A DNA stretch of 62,953 nt, filler included, from Octopus bimaculoides (Eukaryota), in assembly GCF_001194135.2 (NCBI RefSeq). It is 6 parts of 6 records of this genome, joined end to end, with 100 filler letters (N's around TTAATTAATTAA, not from the genome) between each part and the next. Parts side by side here need not be neighbours in the genome. Positions count along the whole stretch, not along the records: positions 17,283 to 30,641 come from NC_068992.1; positions 30,742 to 37,046 come from NC_068984.1; positions 37,147 to 48,531 come from NC_069009.1; 3 more parts are not named here. One strand, 5' to 3'. Shown one piece after another: positions 23,786-37,565 of the stretch. The stretch's first letter is position 1, and each line of letters starts with the position of its first letter. The position numbers were made by a program, and so were the translations under genes. The notes beneath the pieces were generated by a model, which saw nothing but the letters and a program-made list of their open reading frames with translations, made no database searches and was not told the origin of the DNA.

Positions 23786-25005
23786 ATTGAACATATATTG
23801 AAATATATTTATCGGAGGAACTGACATAGCTGCACGATTAAAAAGTTCACTTCCCAACTCATGGTTCCAGTTTCGGTCCTACGGTACGGCTCTTTCTATA
23901 AGTGATTTCGACTAATGCTCCAAACCTGCAGTGCTTTGTGAGCAAATTTGCCAAGGGAAAATGTGAGGAAGCTCGTCGTAATTACAATTTTGTATTTATC
24001 TACGTGTATGTGTGTTACACTGCTACTTTATTGGACGCAATGTCTGTACACACAGCACATAAAAATAACAGATACACATTTTAAAAACAGTGGGGACTTA
24101 TTGTAATCTTGACATATGTCACTGTGAATATAAATTGGATATAGTTTTGACATAGAACTCACTAGGCATATACTGAACATTCGCTGATCTCATAACAAAT
24201 TCTTCAAACACATACAGCAGATGTAAATTCGATAAATTAGACATACATTGAGTATGCCACGAATATAAAACCACTGAAGATATAACTCATTCCGTAGACT
24301 GGAATGTGTCACATATTATAATCACTTCACTATGGATTCCAACAAGAGAAAATGCAGTATACTTTATCGCCATACAAAAGAAAATAAAACATAATTAGAA
24401 GCAAAGTAACAAATAAAAAACAAAACACAAACGAAATTATTGCACAGCCTTCGTAGATTACTCATAGAAATCATATTAAGAATAAAATATAAAGCAAAAC
24501 GAAGCACACAAATAGCGCATCCTAGTCACAAACTAAAACGCAGACACAATGGCTAAGCTGTTTCCTGACAGCTGAAAGAAATATGGCGTCAACAGCCAGA
24601 AAATTCATAAAGTCTGGTAATAGCAAATGAGTAACAAATAGAAAAGTACTCGCATAATTCTCAAGGCACATAAAGACAAAAGATAAAAAAAATCAAAATA
24701 CGCAAAAAACCATAAAACAACCGCCATTAAATCATTTCTGCAAGAAAGATAAAACTGTTAAAAACTTGAACCGTCCATGAATATGAGAAATTTATTGTTC
24801 AAAACAGAAGATAAAGGACTAATAAGGGAATATGAAAGAAAAAATAAAACTATAAGCACTTTTAAAACTAGAGCATAATCGTGTTTTAAATAGCAAATAT
24901 TCATAGATTCTCTGCATACATACTCATACACCTCGACACACCCATATACACATTTATGTATCTCAGACTGGCATATATCAATATTTATGTATTTAAGTAC
25001 AAATT

Positions 25006-25061
<56 letters not shown>

Positions 25062-25360
25062 TATAAATATATGTATTTACATATATATATATACATACGC
25101 ATACACTCATACCAATATTCTTTTCTACTCTAGGCACAAGGCTCAAATTTTTTGGGGAGGGGGCCCAGTCGATTAGAGCGATCCCAGTACGCAACAGGTA
25201 TTTAATTTATCGGATCCAAAAGGATGAAAAGTAAAGTCGACCTCGGCGGAATTTGAACCCAGGACATAAATACCGCTAACGATTTCGCCCGGCCCACTAG
25301 CGTTTCTGCCAGGTAGCCGCTGTATACCATTATTCTTCATTTAATGGATATGTTAATATA

Positions 25361-26055
25361 CCAGTTCATTTGTAAAGACAGTCTACAGCAATCAGCTAGA
25401 TGGTAGCTCGTTGTAGTTTACAGCCGTCAAATATAATGTTACTGGTAGCAGAAGTTTTCTCCTATGACGTGATATCCGGTGCAGTGTTGCTAGGTGTCAG
25501 TTCGCAATACATGTCCAGTGTTGTGCGACCGAATTATGTTAATATATGTATTTGACAAACGAAACTACGTATATCAATAAAAGCATGTCAACGATGTATC
25601 CTTCCAGTTACTTGTTGAGATTAATGAATGTGCTCGTTGCTCCACATATCTCCTACACGATCAAACTTTGGCTAAAGTTACGCCGGAATCTGCTTAACAC
25701 TATAAGAAAGATGATTCTTTGAACTCCATCATAGGTAAATCCAGTAACATTCCCAAGTAGCATCAATCTGTGATTTTCAATCATAAGCTTTGGATCGACT
25801 AGTCTGTAAAAAAATTTCGAAAATTATATTGGTTTCTTTGAACACAAGTCGGCTTAATTGACTACCCGATCGTGCACTCGGTCGCAATGGCACAACACAT
25901 GACATGTTTTGTGCACTGAAGCCAAGCAACACTGCACCGGATAAAACGCCATAGAAGAAAACTTCTGCTATCAGTAACATTATATTTGACGGCTGTAAAC
26001 TACAACGGGCCACCATCTAGCTGATTCCTTTAGACTGTCTTTACAAATGAACTGG
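25361..26055. mobile_element. 695-bp non-autonomous DNA transposon with ~170-bp TIRs and TA target duplication
   Basis: TA|CCAGTTCATTTGTAAAGACAGTCTA... and ...TAGACTGTCTTTACAAATGAACTGG|TA. The arms align for ~170 bp. Confidence 0.88.
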
Positions 26056-26584
26056 TAATGTATATATATTTACCTGAAATCATGTAAATTGAACCGAACA
26101 ATGCGCACTCATTAACCAAATATTTTATTGCCTTGAGGCCCCATTTAAGTCCTCCGTGTGATTGAAAAGGCAGACTTGTATAAGCGGTACAAAAATTTGA
26201 ATAAAAGAATCGGCGAACACATGGTCGTGTGGTTAAGAGACCCGCTTTGCAACTATGTAGTTTGGAGTGCAGTCTCATTTCGCGGCATGAGAGTACGCAC
26301 AACATACACCGCACACAAATACATATTTTCATATATGTATATCTAACGAGAGGTTAGGAAAGAGAGGGAAAAGAGAGGGATAGAGAGGGTGGGGATTATA
26401 ATACCACGTGTCATGATTATTTTATATCTAATCGTAAACATTATTTAAGAAGTTCATTGGGTCTGTTTAGGGAAACTATATTCAAACCATCCATTTACTT
26501 CCATAAATTGATTAAATGTTGTTAGCCACTGATTTTTTCGATTGCGAATGAAAGTTAATTTGCTTATATTATATTTTGCCTCAC

Positions 26585-26755
26585 AAAACAAAAGGCGACA
26601 AACGTCGACAAACATCGACAAACTTCGACAACCATCGGCAAATTCCGCAAATATCGACGACTTCACGTAAATAAACAAACACTGACACATTTCGCAAACA
26701 CAGACAAACTTTGGCAAACATCGAGAAATTTTGGCAAACATTGATAAATCTTATA
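26585..26755. repeat. Degenerate ~10-bp tandem repeat (CGACAAACAT-like)
   Basis: Seen directly in the sequence. Confidence 0.8.
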
Positions 26756-28009
26756 ATGTTCTTTGATGCAATAAATCTAGACTGTTGTTATCTTCTATTG
26801 ACTGTATCTCGATCTGTCAGCATTTCACCGTCGTCTTTCTCTATATGTCTTTCGTCATCTGGTTTCGTGATTTATTTAACTAGAATATAACGAGTATATA
26901 ATAGGACGCTTCATTTTGAAGTCTCGAAGTCACTAGTGTATTAAAGGTTACACGATCCCTGGTATCTAAGAAGGCTCGTGGTAGAAAATGCAAAACAAAA
27001 CAACTGAAATTGCAGAAAACTCCCCTTCATCCGGAACTCAAATAAACGGCACTGTCAAGCAACCATTATTCAGAGAAAAAATCCGTAAAGAAAATGTTTT
27101 ATTTGTTACGTCAAGGAAATTTGTGCAAATATGTGTTCATTAATTGTAACTAAAAGATAAAAGAAAATACTTTAGCCAAAAGGAATCGTTGCTTCTTAAA
27201 GTCAGTACTATGATACATTTTCCTGTATATACAATGCCTGTGTTTTTATTAGATCGCTAAAACTTTTACTTTACTTTAAATATACATTTATTTCTCCCCA
27301 TTTCTCTGGTTTCTTCTGTATTCAGAATATAAATTATAGTATTGATGCCTATATAGAGTTTTAATGACTTTTGAGATGTTCCATGGTCAAATTAAGTGTG
27401 ATGAATAGATATCCAGACGTCTAAGTTACCCGCAATCATCCAGTCACTATGGTGTAGGATAGTTTACTGTAGTTGGTTTTGTTGGCATTTAAATGAAATT
27501 TGAGCCTAAGTCTTCCATGCTTCTATTGTGGATGAAATACCTACCAGAGGAAAAAGTACGAAACGACATTAGGTCATTTTTTTTTTCAGATAATCAGTGA
27601 TCTCTGGTATAGAGTGGATAAATTTGACTTTAAAGTTTTTAAGGGTTATCTATATTAATGAGTTTGTAGTGTTTTTATTATTAACTTTTGAATTATGAAA
27701 TAATGTACTTCACTCATAATTATCATATTATTCTATAAATTAAATTCAATCGTGTTTTCGTTTTTCAGAGAATTGAAGACTGGTGGGATTATTGTTTTGT
27801 ATGGACTTAAAGATTGGTCGCTGTTTAGTATATAATTAGTCATTGTAGGTTTACTATTAATACCAATACAGTTGTACATACATTTATGTGTTTCTTTGTA
27901 GTAGTTTAATTTTAAAGTTAGTGTTTAATCCTGCCTATAATTAGATTGCAGGAACATGGTTATTAAGCCTCCATTCTCTAATATACTATCGAAGACTGTG
28001 GAGAATAAA

Positions 28010-28980
28010 ATGTATGACTTAAAAATTTGGCTGCTGTTTGGTTACATATTTAGGAGTTGGTTATAGATTTACTTGATTTATCGATACCGTTGTACATAGG
28101 GTACATGTGTTTGAAAGTGATAGTTTCTTTGGTTTGTTTATTCCCAAACAACACTTATTTTAGTGCTGTTGACACCATCTGCTTCAATGTTACTGCACAG
28201 GTATCGAAACCACAATGATATCCTTGGGATAGCTGATGATGGAGGTATGTCGAATTGTAAGTATAACTGTTTTTGTACATGTGGAATAGTGTTATATCAC
28301 ATCCTTTATATATATATATATATNNNNNNNNNNNNNNNNNNNNNNNNNNNNNNNNNNNNNNNNNNNNNNNNNNNNNNNNNNNNNNNNNNNNNNNNNNNNN
28401 NNNNNNNNNNNNNNNNNNNNNNNNNNNNNNNNNNNNNNNNNNNNNNNNNNNNNNNNNNNNNNNNNNNNNNNNNNNNNNNNNNNNNNNNNNNNNNNNNNNN
28501 NNNNNNNNNNNNNNNNNNNNNNNNNNNNNNNNNNNNNNNNNNNNNNNNNNNNNNNNNNNNNNNNNNNNNNNNNNNNNNNNNNNNNNNNNNNNNNNNNNNN
28601 NNNNNNNNNNNNNNNNNNNNNNNNNNNNNNNNNNNNNNNNNNNNNNNNNNNNNNNNNNNNNNNNNNNNNNNNATATATATATACGCATATTTCATACAAC
28701 TGTAATACTAAGACAGATTTGAATACATTCGCTCACATTTCTACAAATGCATGAATAAATAATTATGGCAATAAAAACACATCACATGGGGAAATGCTAA
28801 TGAACATAACCCAATTCCATAAATATTTATTCAAATCCATATATATGCTTTCAGATTAAAGTAACAACATACATGCTTTTGTTTTTCTAACACTTAGCGT
28901 CTCCCAATTGTCCAACTATGAAGAATTCATCAAATGTTCTGAAATACTCGTGCAAATATATCTGTCACCAAAATGGTTAA
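28010..28980 (+). CDS. Candidate 3-exon small secreted peptide gene (28010-28040, 28164-28244, 28898-28980)
   Basis: Spliced product MYDLKIWLLFVLLTPSASMLLHRYRNHNDILGIADDGASPNCPTMKNSSNVLKYSCKYICHQNG*. Signal-peptide-like N-terminus and phase-1 introns. The first donor (GTTACA) is weak. No homology recognised. Confidence 0.3.
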
Positions 28981-29251
28981 TTGACGTGAGTCTCAATAAT
29001 CATTTCGTTCTTTTTCAGAGACTTAACAATAAAACATATGGGGGTATTTTTCAAATTTATTCAGTGCAGCGTACTGCTGTTTATTGGAACATAACAACAG
29101 GACTATTAATATTTTATGTGTTGCCTACAAAAGACATACGCCATATTTATGTGCATATATGTATACATACATACATACATACATACATACACACACATAT
29201 GTAATATATATATAAGTATAAGTATATATATATTTATATATATATATATAT

Positions 29252-29368
<117 letters not shown>

Positions 29369-30128
29369 AATAAAACGCACGTCCTCTGTAAACAGCATAT
29401 ACATATATATGTGTGTATATATGAATATGTAAATAAATGTAAATGTATAAATGTATAATGTATAATATAATGATATATGTATGTATGTATTATGACGCAC
29501 AGACACCACCAACACTGGCACGCATACGTACATATACATATAGGGAAAATGTATGTCTATCGATAACGGTACGTATAATTCTGAGTATAGGTGTAGTGTA
29601 TCTGTATATATTTGTGCAAATAACTCTATGCTTATAAAATATTTAAAATGTGGGAAACATGAAATATGTGTGAATAATTTCACCTAGCAAGAATTCAACT
29701 ACATTGCAAAGTAATGCACTAGTGCTCTTTCCAGCTCAATGATGTACATATTTCCATTTGATCTATTTCACTTCCACAGTGTTCTTTCCTCTAATATTTA
29801 TGTCCTCGCATTTATTTATATAAAATATAAAAAACTGTAAGAAAAAAAGAAAACAAAATTTAAAATATCTATATCTTTTTCTGCATTTTGTTGTTATTTC
29901 TTCAATTCTAGTTCAAACTTCAACCTATCACGAATCCACCAAGAGTTCCCTTTTGACATAACGAAAGTTAACACTTTTAGAAATGTCCACGCCATTTCTA
30001 TGAGCGGCGTATTATACATACACTGATGCACACACACGCGTATCCCAAAGTGGGTTTGCACTTACATCCAGCGATGCAGATATATTCGCATGAGTAAGTA
30101 AATGACTAAGAATATGATGCGCAGAGGA

Positions 30129-30173
<45 letters not shown>

Positions 30174-31141
30174 TACACACACACACACACACACACGCAC
30201 ACACACATACATATATATACACTCACGTTTATATATAGAGAGGGACATATATATGTCTTTGTACATACATTCGTAGAATATGTATATTTTATGGGTATAT
30301 ACGTGAGTACACACATAACGCCATATCAATATTCACACACACACAGACACACATACATACTCACCCCCCCCACACACACATATATATATATACATACATA
30401 CGTAAGCATGTGTGTTTGCTTGCGCGTACATGAATTTGCAGCTATACGAATACGTATCTCTATGAAATAACATTCGTATGCAAACATATATATACACACA
30501 CACACACACTTATAAGCAGAGACTCACGTATAAAATTCGTTTATATGTTTTTCATTATATATGTGTGTATATGAATTTATGCATATACTACACATGTAAA
30601 AATGCGCGTATGTATGTATGTATATATATATATATATATATNNNNNNNNNNNNNNNNNNNNNNNNNNNNNNNNNNNNNNNNNNNNTTAATTAATTAANNN
30701 NNNNNNNNNNNNNNNNNNNNNNNNNNNNNNNNNNNNNNNNNCCCCCCCCCCGCCAACATCGCTTGACAACTGATGTTGGTGTGCTCACGTTCCTGTAACT
30801 TAGTGGTTCGGCAGAGTATGTACTAGGCTTATAGAATAAGTACTAGGCTTACAAAGAATAAGTCCTAAAGGTGGTGCTCCAGTATGTCCGCAGTCAAGTG
30901 ACTGAAACAAATAAAGCAATAGAAGGAAAATGAATATACATTTCTGCAGTTGTTATATAGTTAAATCTTATCCAGTTCTTTGTGTGTGTGTTTGTGTGTG
31001 TATGAATGCCGGTACGAATGCATGCTTGTATGTACATGTATTTGTACGTTCGTGGTAAATGCACATACACGTATGTGTGTGTGTGGATATTGTATGTGTG
31101 TGTGTGTGTGTGTGTGTGGATATTGTATGTGTGTGTGGATA

Positions 31142-31231
<90 letters not shown>

Positions 31232-31258
31232 ATAATTGTATGTGTATTTTCTGTTCAT

Positions 31259-31301
<43 letters not shown>

Positions 31302-31362
31302 CAAAAATAGAGATAGATAGCTACGTAGACAGACAGACAGACAGACAGGAAGAAAGATAGAC

Positions 31363-31403
<41 letters not shown>

Positions 31404-31472
31404 TGCAATTATATATAATCTATATGTACGTGTTTATGCACATTGCGACGTAGAAAATGTAAAATGCATATC

Positions 31473-31523
<51 letters not shown>

Positions 31524-32563
31524 GAGAGAGAGTTTCTTTCTGTGTGTGTATATGCGTTTGCATTTGTATATTAATAATGTACAGATTGTTACCGGACAAG
31601 AGGAAACGCTACGGATTAAGAGTCTGACAATGAGTAATCCATATCTTTCTCAAGGTCGTCTTTCACTCTAGCCTGAGTGGCGTGATTCAATAATCGTAAA
31701 TAATATACAAGTATTAGGGTGGCGGGGAATATATATATATATATATATATATATANNNNNNNNNNNNNNNNNNNNNNNNNNNNNNNNNNNNNNNNNNNNN
31801 NNNNNNNNNNNNNNNNNNNNNNNNNNNNNNNNNNNNNNNNNNNNNNNNNNNNNNNNNNNNNNNNNNNNNNNNNNNNNNNNNNNNNNNNNNNNNNNNNNNN
31901 NNNNNNNNNNNNNNNNNNNNNNNNNNNNNNNNNNNNNNNNNNNNNNNNNNNNNNNNNNNNNNNNNNNNNNNNNNNNNNNNNNNNNNNNNNNNNNNNNNNN
32001 NNNNNNNNNNNNNNNNNNNNNNNNNNNNNNNNNNNNNNNNNNNNNNNNNNNNNNNNNNNNNNNNNNNNNNNNNNNNNNNNNNNNNNNNNNNNNNNNNNNN
32101 NNNNNNNNNNNNNNNNNNNNNNNNNNNNNNNNNNNNNNNNNNNNNNNNNNNNNNNNNNNNNNNNNNNNNNNNNNNNNNNNNNNNNNNNNNNNNNNNNNNN
32201 NNNNNNNNNNNNNNNNNNNNNNNNNNNNNNNNNNNNNNNNNNNNNNNNNNNNNNNNNNNNNNNNNNNNNNNNNNNNNNNNNNNNNNNNNNNNNNNNNNNN
32301 NNNNNNNNNNNNNNNNNNNNNNNNNNNNNNNNNNNNNNNNNNNNNNNNNNNNNNNNNNNNNNNNNNNNNNNNNNNNNNNNNNNNNNNNNNNNNNNNNNNN
32401 NNNNNNNNNNNNTATATGGATAAATACATTTAATATACATACACATCTCTATAAATATATATGCATATATATATGTGTGTGCATACACACATTCATCTAT
32501 GTATGCATATATATATATATATATATATATACGTATGTATAATATATATACGTGTGTGTGTGT

Positions 32564-32642
<79 letters not shown>

Positions 32643-33911
32643 TAAGTATGCGTTTGTATTAAATAGTAAAATGGAGGCTGGTATAATCGATGTAATATGC
32701 CTAGACATTTTAATTAATTAGATTTGCACCTTTTATGAAGAGAACAGTAATTATTCTAATGACAATTTCTAGTCAAAAACTGCGAGGGAAGAAAATGCCA
32801 AGGTTTTAATTAATTTCTTCAACTTAAACATGGAAGGCAGTCGAGAGTCTGTATTTCAGCAGAATATTGAAAGTGAGGATTGTTAGAACGATAAGGCTAT
32901 ATTTCGTTGATGAGTTTTAGTAAAGCCAAAATATGCCCTCTGTTGTCTTACTAAAGTTCAAACTTATCTCCTTTAGCATTTTATAATCGTTTAGAAATTA
33001 TATGAGCTGACCCTTTTGAAACTCTACGGTGTAATTAGCAGCAGTCAACGTGTATTAAATATCAATATGACCTTTTAAATATTTTATTTGGTTTTGAAAA
33101 TAAACAATATTTTTTTGTAAATATAAGTATTCTTCTAGTTCTCAAACACACGAGCGCTAATGGTGTACTAACATGGCCTTCACTGTCTCTCACACGCGTG
33201 TACAAATACTTGTTTGTTGTGTGTGAGTGTGTGTGTGTGTATGTGCGCGTGTGTGCGAAGGCCAACAGCGTTCGTATGCATGTCTGCACGTTCTAGTAAA
33301 GTTCTATCTCTCTCCCTTTCTCTCTCTCTCCCTCTCTCTCTCCCCCTCTCTCTCTCTCTCTCTCTCTCTCACTGTTAACAACTTCTTCCCACAGCGTGGC
33401 AGCTTGTTAAACACCTCACAGGAATTTACACTTGGCACAATTATCCGATAGATACTTAGCTCTCATTATGCCTCCATACGCATTCATGTCTATTGCTGTA
33501 TACTCACACGCATGCATATACCAACGCACGCACACACGCGTTCACACATGCACGTATTTACTTTCCGTCTTTTCACACACACAGACGACAACAGTGACCG
33601 TTGTATCCTTTCGATTTTTAGATGGCAGAGCATGATTTTAGAAAGATTCAGTTGCTATCTTTATCTGGTCAAACGACTATACAGAGGCTGTCTTGTTGGC
33701 TCATGTGCATCAGCTTGTTACCGTTGTTGCTTAGCCCGATCCCAGCCTTTATATAGGGAACATATAAACAAAGGTGCTCTATTATTGAACACGCCGTCCT
33801 GACTTGAGTTATTGCACATCTAAGGATATTACCTCATACACACAATCTTTTCCAGACGTATGCACTAAGAGGAAAGAGATTCGGCTGCTTTCAGTTTTTA
33901 GCAAGTTGAAT

Positions 33912-34128
33912 AAGGCGGCCACCTGGCAGAATCGTTAGCACGCCGGGCGAAATGCTTAGCGGTATTTCGTCTACCGCTACGTTCTGAGTTCAAATTCCGC
34001 CGAGGTCGACTTTGCCTTTCATCCTTTCGGGGTCGATAAATTAAGTACCAGTTGCGTACTGGGGTCGATATGATCGACTGGACCCCTGCTCCAAAATTTC
34101 GGGCCTTGTGCCTAGAGTAGAAAACTAT
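33912..34128 (+). mobile_element. Family B SINE, near full length
   Basis: GGCGGCCACCTGGCAGAATCGTTAGCACGCCGGGCGAAATGCTTAGCGG...GAGTTCAAATTCCGCCGAGGTCGACTTTGCCTTTCATCCTTTCGGGGTCGAT. Confidence 0.8.
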
Positions 34129-34145
34129 ATTCATCATAATTTTTA

Positions 34146-34429
34146 GGCGCATGCGTGGCTGTGTGGTAAGTAGCATGCTTACCAACCACATGGTTCTGGG
34201 TTCAGTCCCACTGCGTGGCACCTTGGGCAAGTGTCTTCTACTATAGTCTCGCGCCGACCNNNNNNNNNNNNNNNNNNNNNNNNNNNNNNNNNNNNNNNNN
34301 NNNNNNNNNNNNNNNNNNNNNNNNNNNNNNNNNNNNNNNNNNNNNNNNNNNNNNNNNNNNNNNNNNNNNNNNNNNNNNNNNNNNNNNNNNNNNNNNNNNN
34401 NNNNNNNNNNNNNNNNNNNNNNNNNNNNN

Positions 34430-34467
<38 letters not shown>

Positions 34468-34675
34468 CTGTGTTTATGCGTCTGTGTTTGTCCCCCCAAC
34501 ATCGGTTGATAAACGATGCTGGTGTGTTTACGTCCGCGTAACCTAGCGGCTCGGCAATAGAGACTGATAAAATACCTACTAGGCTTACAAAGATTAAGTC
34601 CTTGGGTTGATTTGCTCGATTAAAGGCGGTGCTCCAGCATGGCGGCTGCAGTCAAATGACTGAAACAAACAAACA
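34146..34675 (+). mobile_element. Family A SINE, full length with a gap in its internal microsatellite
   Basis: Head GGCGCATGCGTGGCTGTGTGGTAAG...GGTTCAGTCCCACTG, with the 3' half after a (TG)n run. Confidence 0.8.
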
Positions 34676-36396
34676 AATAAAACACGCAAGGATTCCACGC
34701 TACATGTGCTTCTGTGTCGAATAACCATGCAGAGGTTTTCATATTCACATGTTACGTATACTTGTGACTCGAATAAGCGTACAGAGATTCCCATATTCCT
34801 ACATAATGCATGCTTATGATGTGTGTAGTCACTGTTCTTTAAAGACATGCTAGTAATGCCTTATTGTGGGGTCACACTTATATCTTATTGTGAAACTGCA
34901 ACAATTGAGAAGTTAAACAGTTCTGGCTTAAACTTTCGAAAAGGCTTTTCATCTAGTGGCTCTCACACTGGAAAATACCCTCACCGCACTCCTAAATATA
35001 TTAATCAGATTTTTTTACCTTCAACTTCTTTATTAATGGAGAAGCAAGATTTTCAATGCATATAGTTCTTGCTCTCTGTGTTTTGGAATAAGTTTAAAAC
35101 GCTTTAAACTATTTTAAAAATATCATTAAGCGTGACAAGCATCCGACCCTTTTTCAATTGTTACAGCAGCAGCTGTCAATTAGAAACAATCGTTTTATCG
35201 ATATTACTTAATATGATTGTGATCAGAATCGATGAGAAATTTTGAGAACTGATATTTATAAAAGTTAGAATTGTAATGTTATCGATAATAAAGGTGTAGC
35301 ACATTGCAGTTGTGGGTTTTTTTTTCTTTCTTGGTGTGTGGTGTGGTGTGCGTAGGGACGGCGTTTTAGTAGTGTTAATGGAACCAAATATGTCATCCCT
35401 TAACATAACTGACATAACAAAATATATCTAACCAGAATTTGAACTTAATACGATGGCTACTGAACTTCTTATAAAATGCATCTTTCTACTGCCTTCACCA
35501 ATTCTACCACTTAAATGGCAATATTGGTGCTGATGACTACGATGCAGATGAGGCAAAGGCAAAGGATAACGATGACAGCTACGATGTTACGGAGGCGGCG
35601 GGAGTAATGGTGAATTTTGAAAAAATTTCCATAACTTTTTTGTATTTTTTTTTCTCATAAACATGTTTCAGGTTAAATTAATCATCTCTTAGCGATTTGC
35701 ATCCGGATTAAAGAGACCAATCGGATTAGCTTCAATACCTTGTTGTTGATGCCTTCTGTCTTTATTAACGGTTAGTATTCGCACGAAATGGAGTGAAGGT
35801 TTGCTCCGATCAAACCAAAGATCACGTGATTAGATTAAGGACCCCACATATCGAAGCCATAACTGTGATGCATGCTGTGACGTATTTTATGACTGACATA
35901 TATCTTACTTTCCAATTGAAACTACCCACTTCAACGAAGGTTTTCAAATGCCTTCGAAGAAAGCATGAATTTTAAAATCTATTAATTCATTAATGTCACT
36001 ATTTGTAGAGTATCATAACATTTATTTGGCTGATGCCTTACACCGAAACTCAGAGTTTCATGGTTATTCGATCGGTTATGTGGGACCTGATAATCTGTCG
36101 TGAAAATATACTCCAATAAGCGAAGAATTGGTTTCAGTAACAAATTGAAAACATAAAAGAGTCTAAATCAATTAAACCCACACAGAAACTGCAAAACAAT
36201 CTGGATTAATCCCTTACAATCTGCTTTAACCTATAGTTTAAATATATTTTTTAAAATCACTAGGAATTTCTTGAAACCATTTAGTGTGCACTTAACAGAG
36301 ATATCACCAAATACAAATTTTCTCATCCTATTAAGATAAGAAGCCATGAGAGCCACTGCCTGCTACTGCATCAAGGCATTATTATTATTATTATTG

Positions 36397-36992
36397 AGTG
36401 AGAGAGCAGTGCATGCCATCAAAGTGACACTGGGGTAAAATATACGAAGTCCAGTATACCCATTTTGACTACCCGTCTGATAAGGGTACACCAGGCACAT
36501 GCATCACAACCATATGTGCGCAACACCATATGTGTTCAACACCATATGTGCGAGGTCATGCGCTGTTTATCTTGATCTCATATCAAGATAAACAGCGCAT
36601 GACTTCGCAGGTGGGGCCCAGTTAGAATTTTCTCCAGGTCGAGTAGCCCATCCCGCTCAAAATGTCCCTGAATAAGATTTGTTTAATGACGTTCAACGAA
36701 ACACCCATGTTTTCAGAGGTGAATTATTCAAACCCCAAAGAATTCCTCTCAACACATGGCTATGATGCTCCCCACTACTTCTGCTCGTGATCAGAGATGC
36801 ACATATCGTCAGCCACCAAGGGACATGCTCAACTGGTTAAGGTCAAACAACTGACAAGCAAATCTGTGGTATTAAGCAGAATATTTGCTGTAGCCCATCT
36901 TTTATATTAAGACAAAATAATGTACATGATAACACTTTCAATCAGTTAAGATCAGAAGCCATGAGAGCCATTGCCTGGTACTGCATCCGGGC

Positions 36993-36993
<1 letters not shown>
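36397..36993 (-). mobile_element. ~600-bp non-coding TAA-flanked element (family F); second 5' start at 36340-36377; 5' half in opposite orientation at 42820-43135
   Basis: Both copies begin (G/A)CCC(T/G)GATGCAGTAC..GGCA(G/A)TGGCTCTCAT directly after a (TAA)n array. The complete copy ends CTCTCTCACTC-(AAT)n. Confidence 0.7.
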
Positions 36994-37046
<53 letters not shown>

Positions 37047-37146
37047 NNNNNNNNNNNNNNNNNNNNNNNNNNNNNNNNNNNNNNNNNNNNTTAATTAATT
37101 AANNNNNNNNNNNNNNNNNNNNNNNNNNNNNNNNNNNNNNNNNNNN

Positions 37147-37181
<35 letters not shown>

Positions 37182-37334
37182 CATACAACGAGCTTCTTTC
37201 AGTTTCCTTCTACCAAATCCACTCAGAACGCTTTAGCCGGCCCGTGGCGATGTTTGAAGGCACTTGCCTAAAGTGCTAAGCAATGCTTCTAACCGCACAG
37301 CCACACCTGCGCCTAAATAAATACAAAACAAACC

Positions 37335-37565
37335 GGAACAATCACCTTCAAATTTTCTCTATTTGAAAGTATCTATCCTGACGAGTTTTCCACTTTTCGA
37401 AGCAGTGCTAGAACGCTTGAGAAGGATACCATTTCGTGCTTCCATCGTTTTGTCGTCGCTTCTTCCACATCTGGAAATTTCGTAGAACCAGCTTTCGTTA
37501 CCAGTGATGACCTTAAAAAATAAAATGATTCAAATCAACATCCAATTATTCATTCAATTTACGAC
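37335..37565 (-). mobile_element. Mariner transposase fragment, paralogue of 43135-43354
   Basis: Same internal-deletion junction as the 43 kb copy. Retains the C-terminal NFEGD motif. Confidence 0.75.

Noticed and set aside
29021-29070. TYGGIFQI resembling the c-type lysozyme DYGIFQIN motif
   Set aside because: There are no surrounding lysozyme cysteines or other motifs.
30980-31410. Cys/Val, His/Thr and Tyr/Ile-rich ORFs here and throughout (e.g. 52997-53524)
   Set aside because: These are translations of TG, CA and TA microsatellites.
35909-35951. Possible 43-nt minus-strand exon HLKTFVEVGSFNWK
   Set aside because: Uses an AAG acceptor and cannot be placed unambiguously in a chain.
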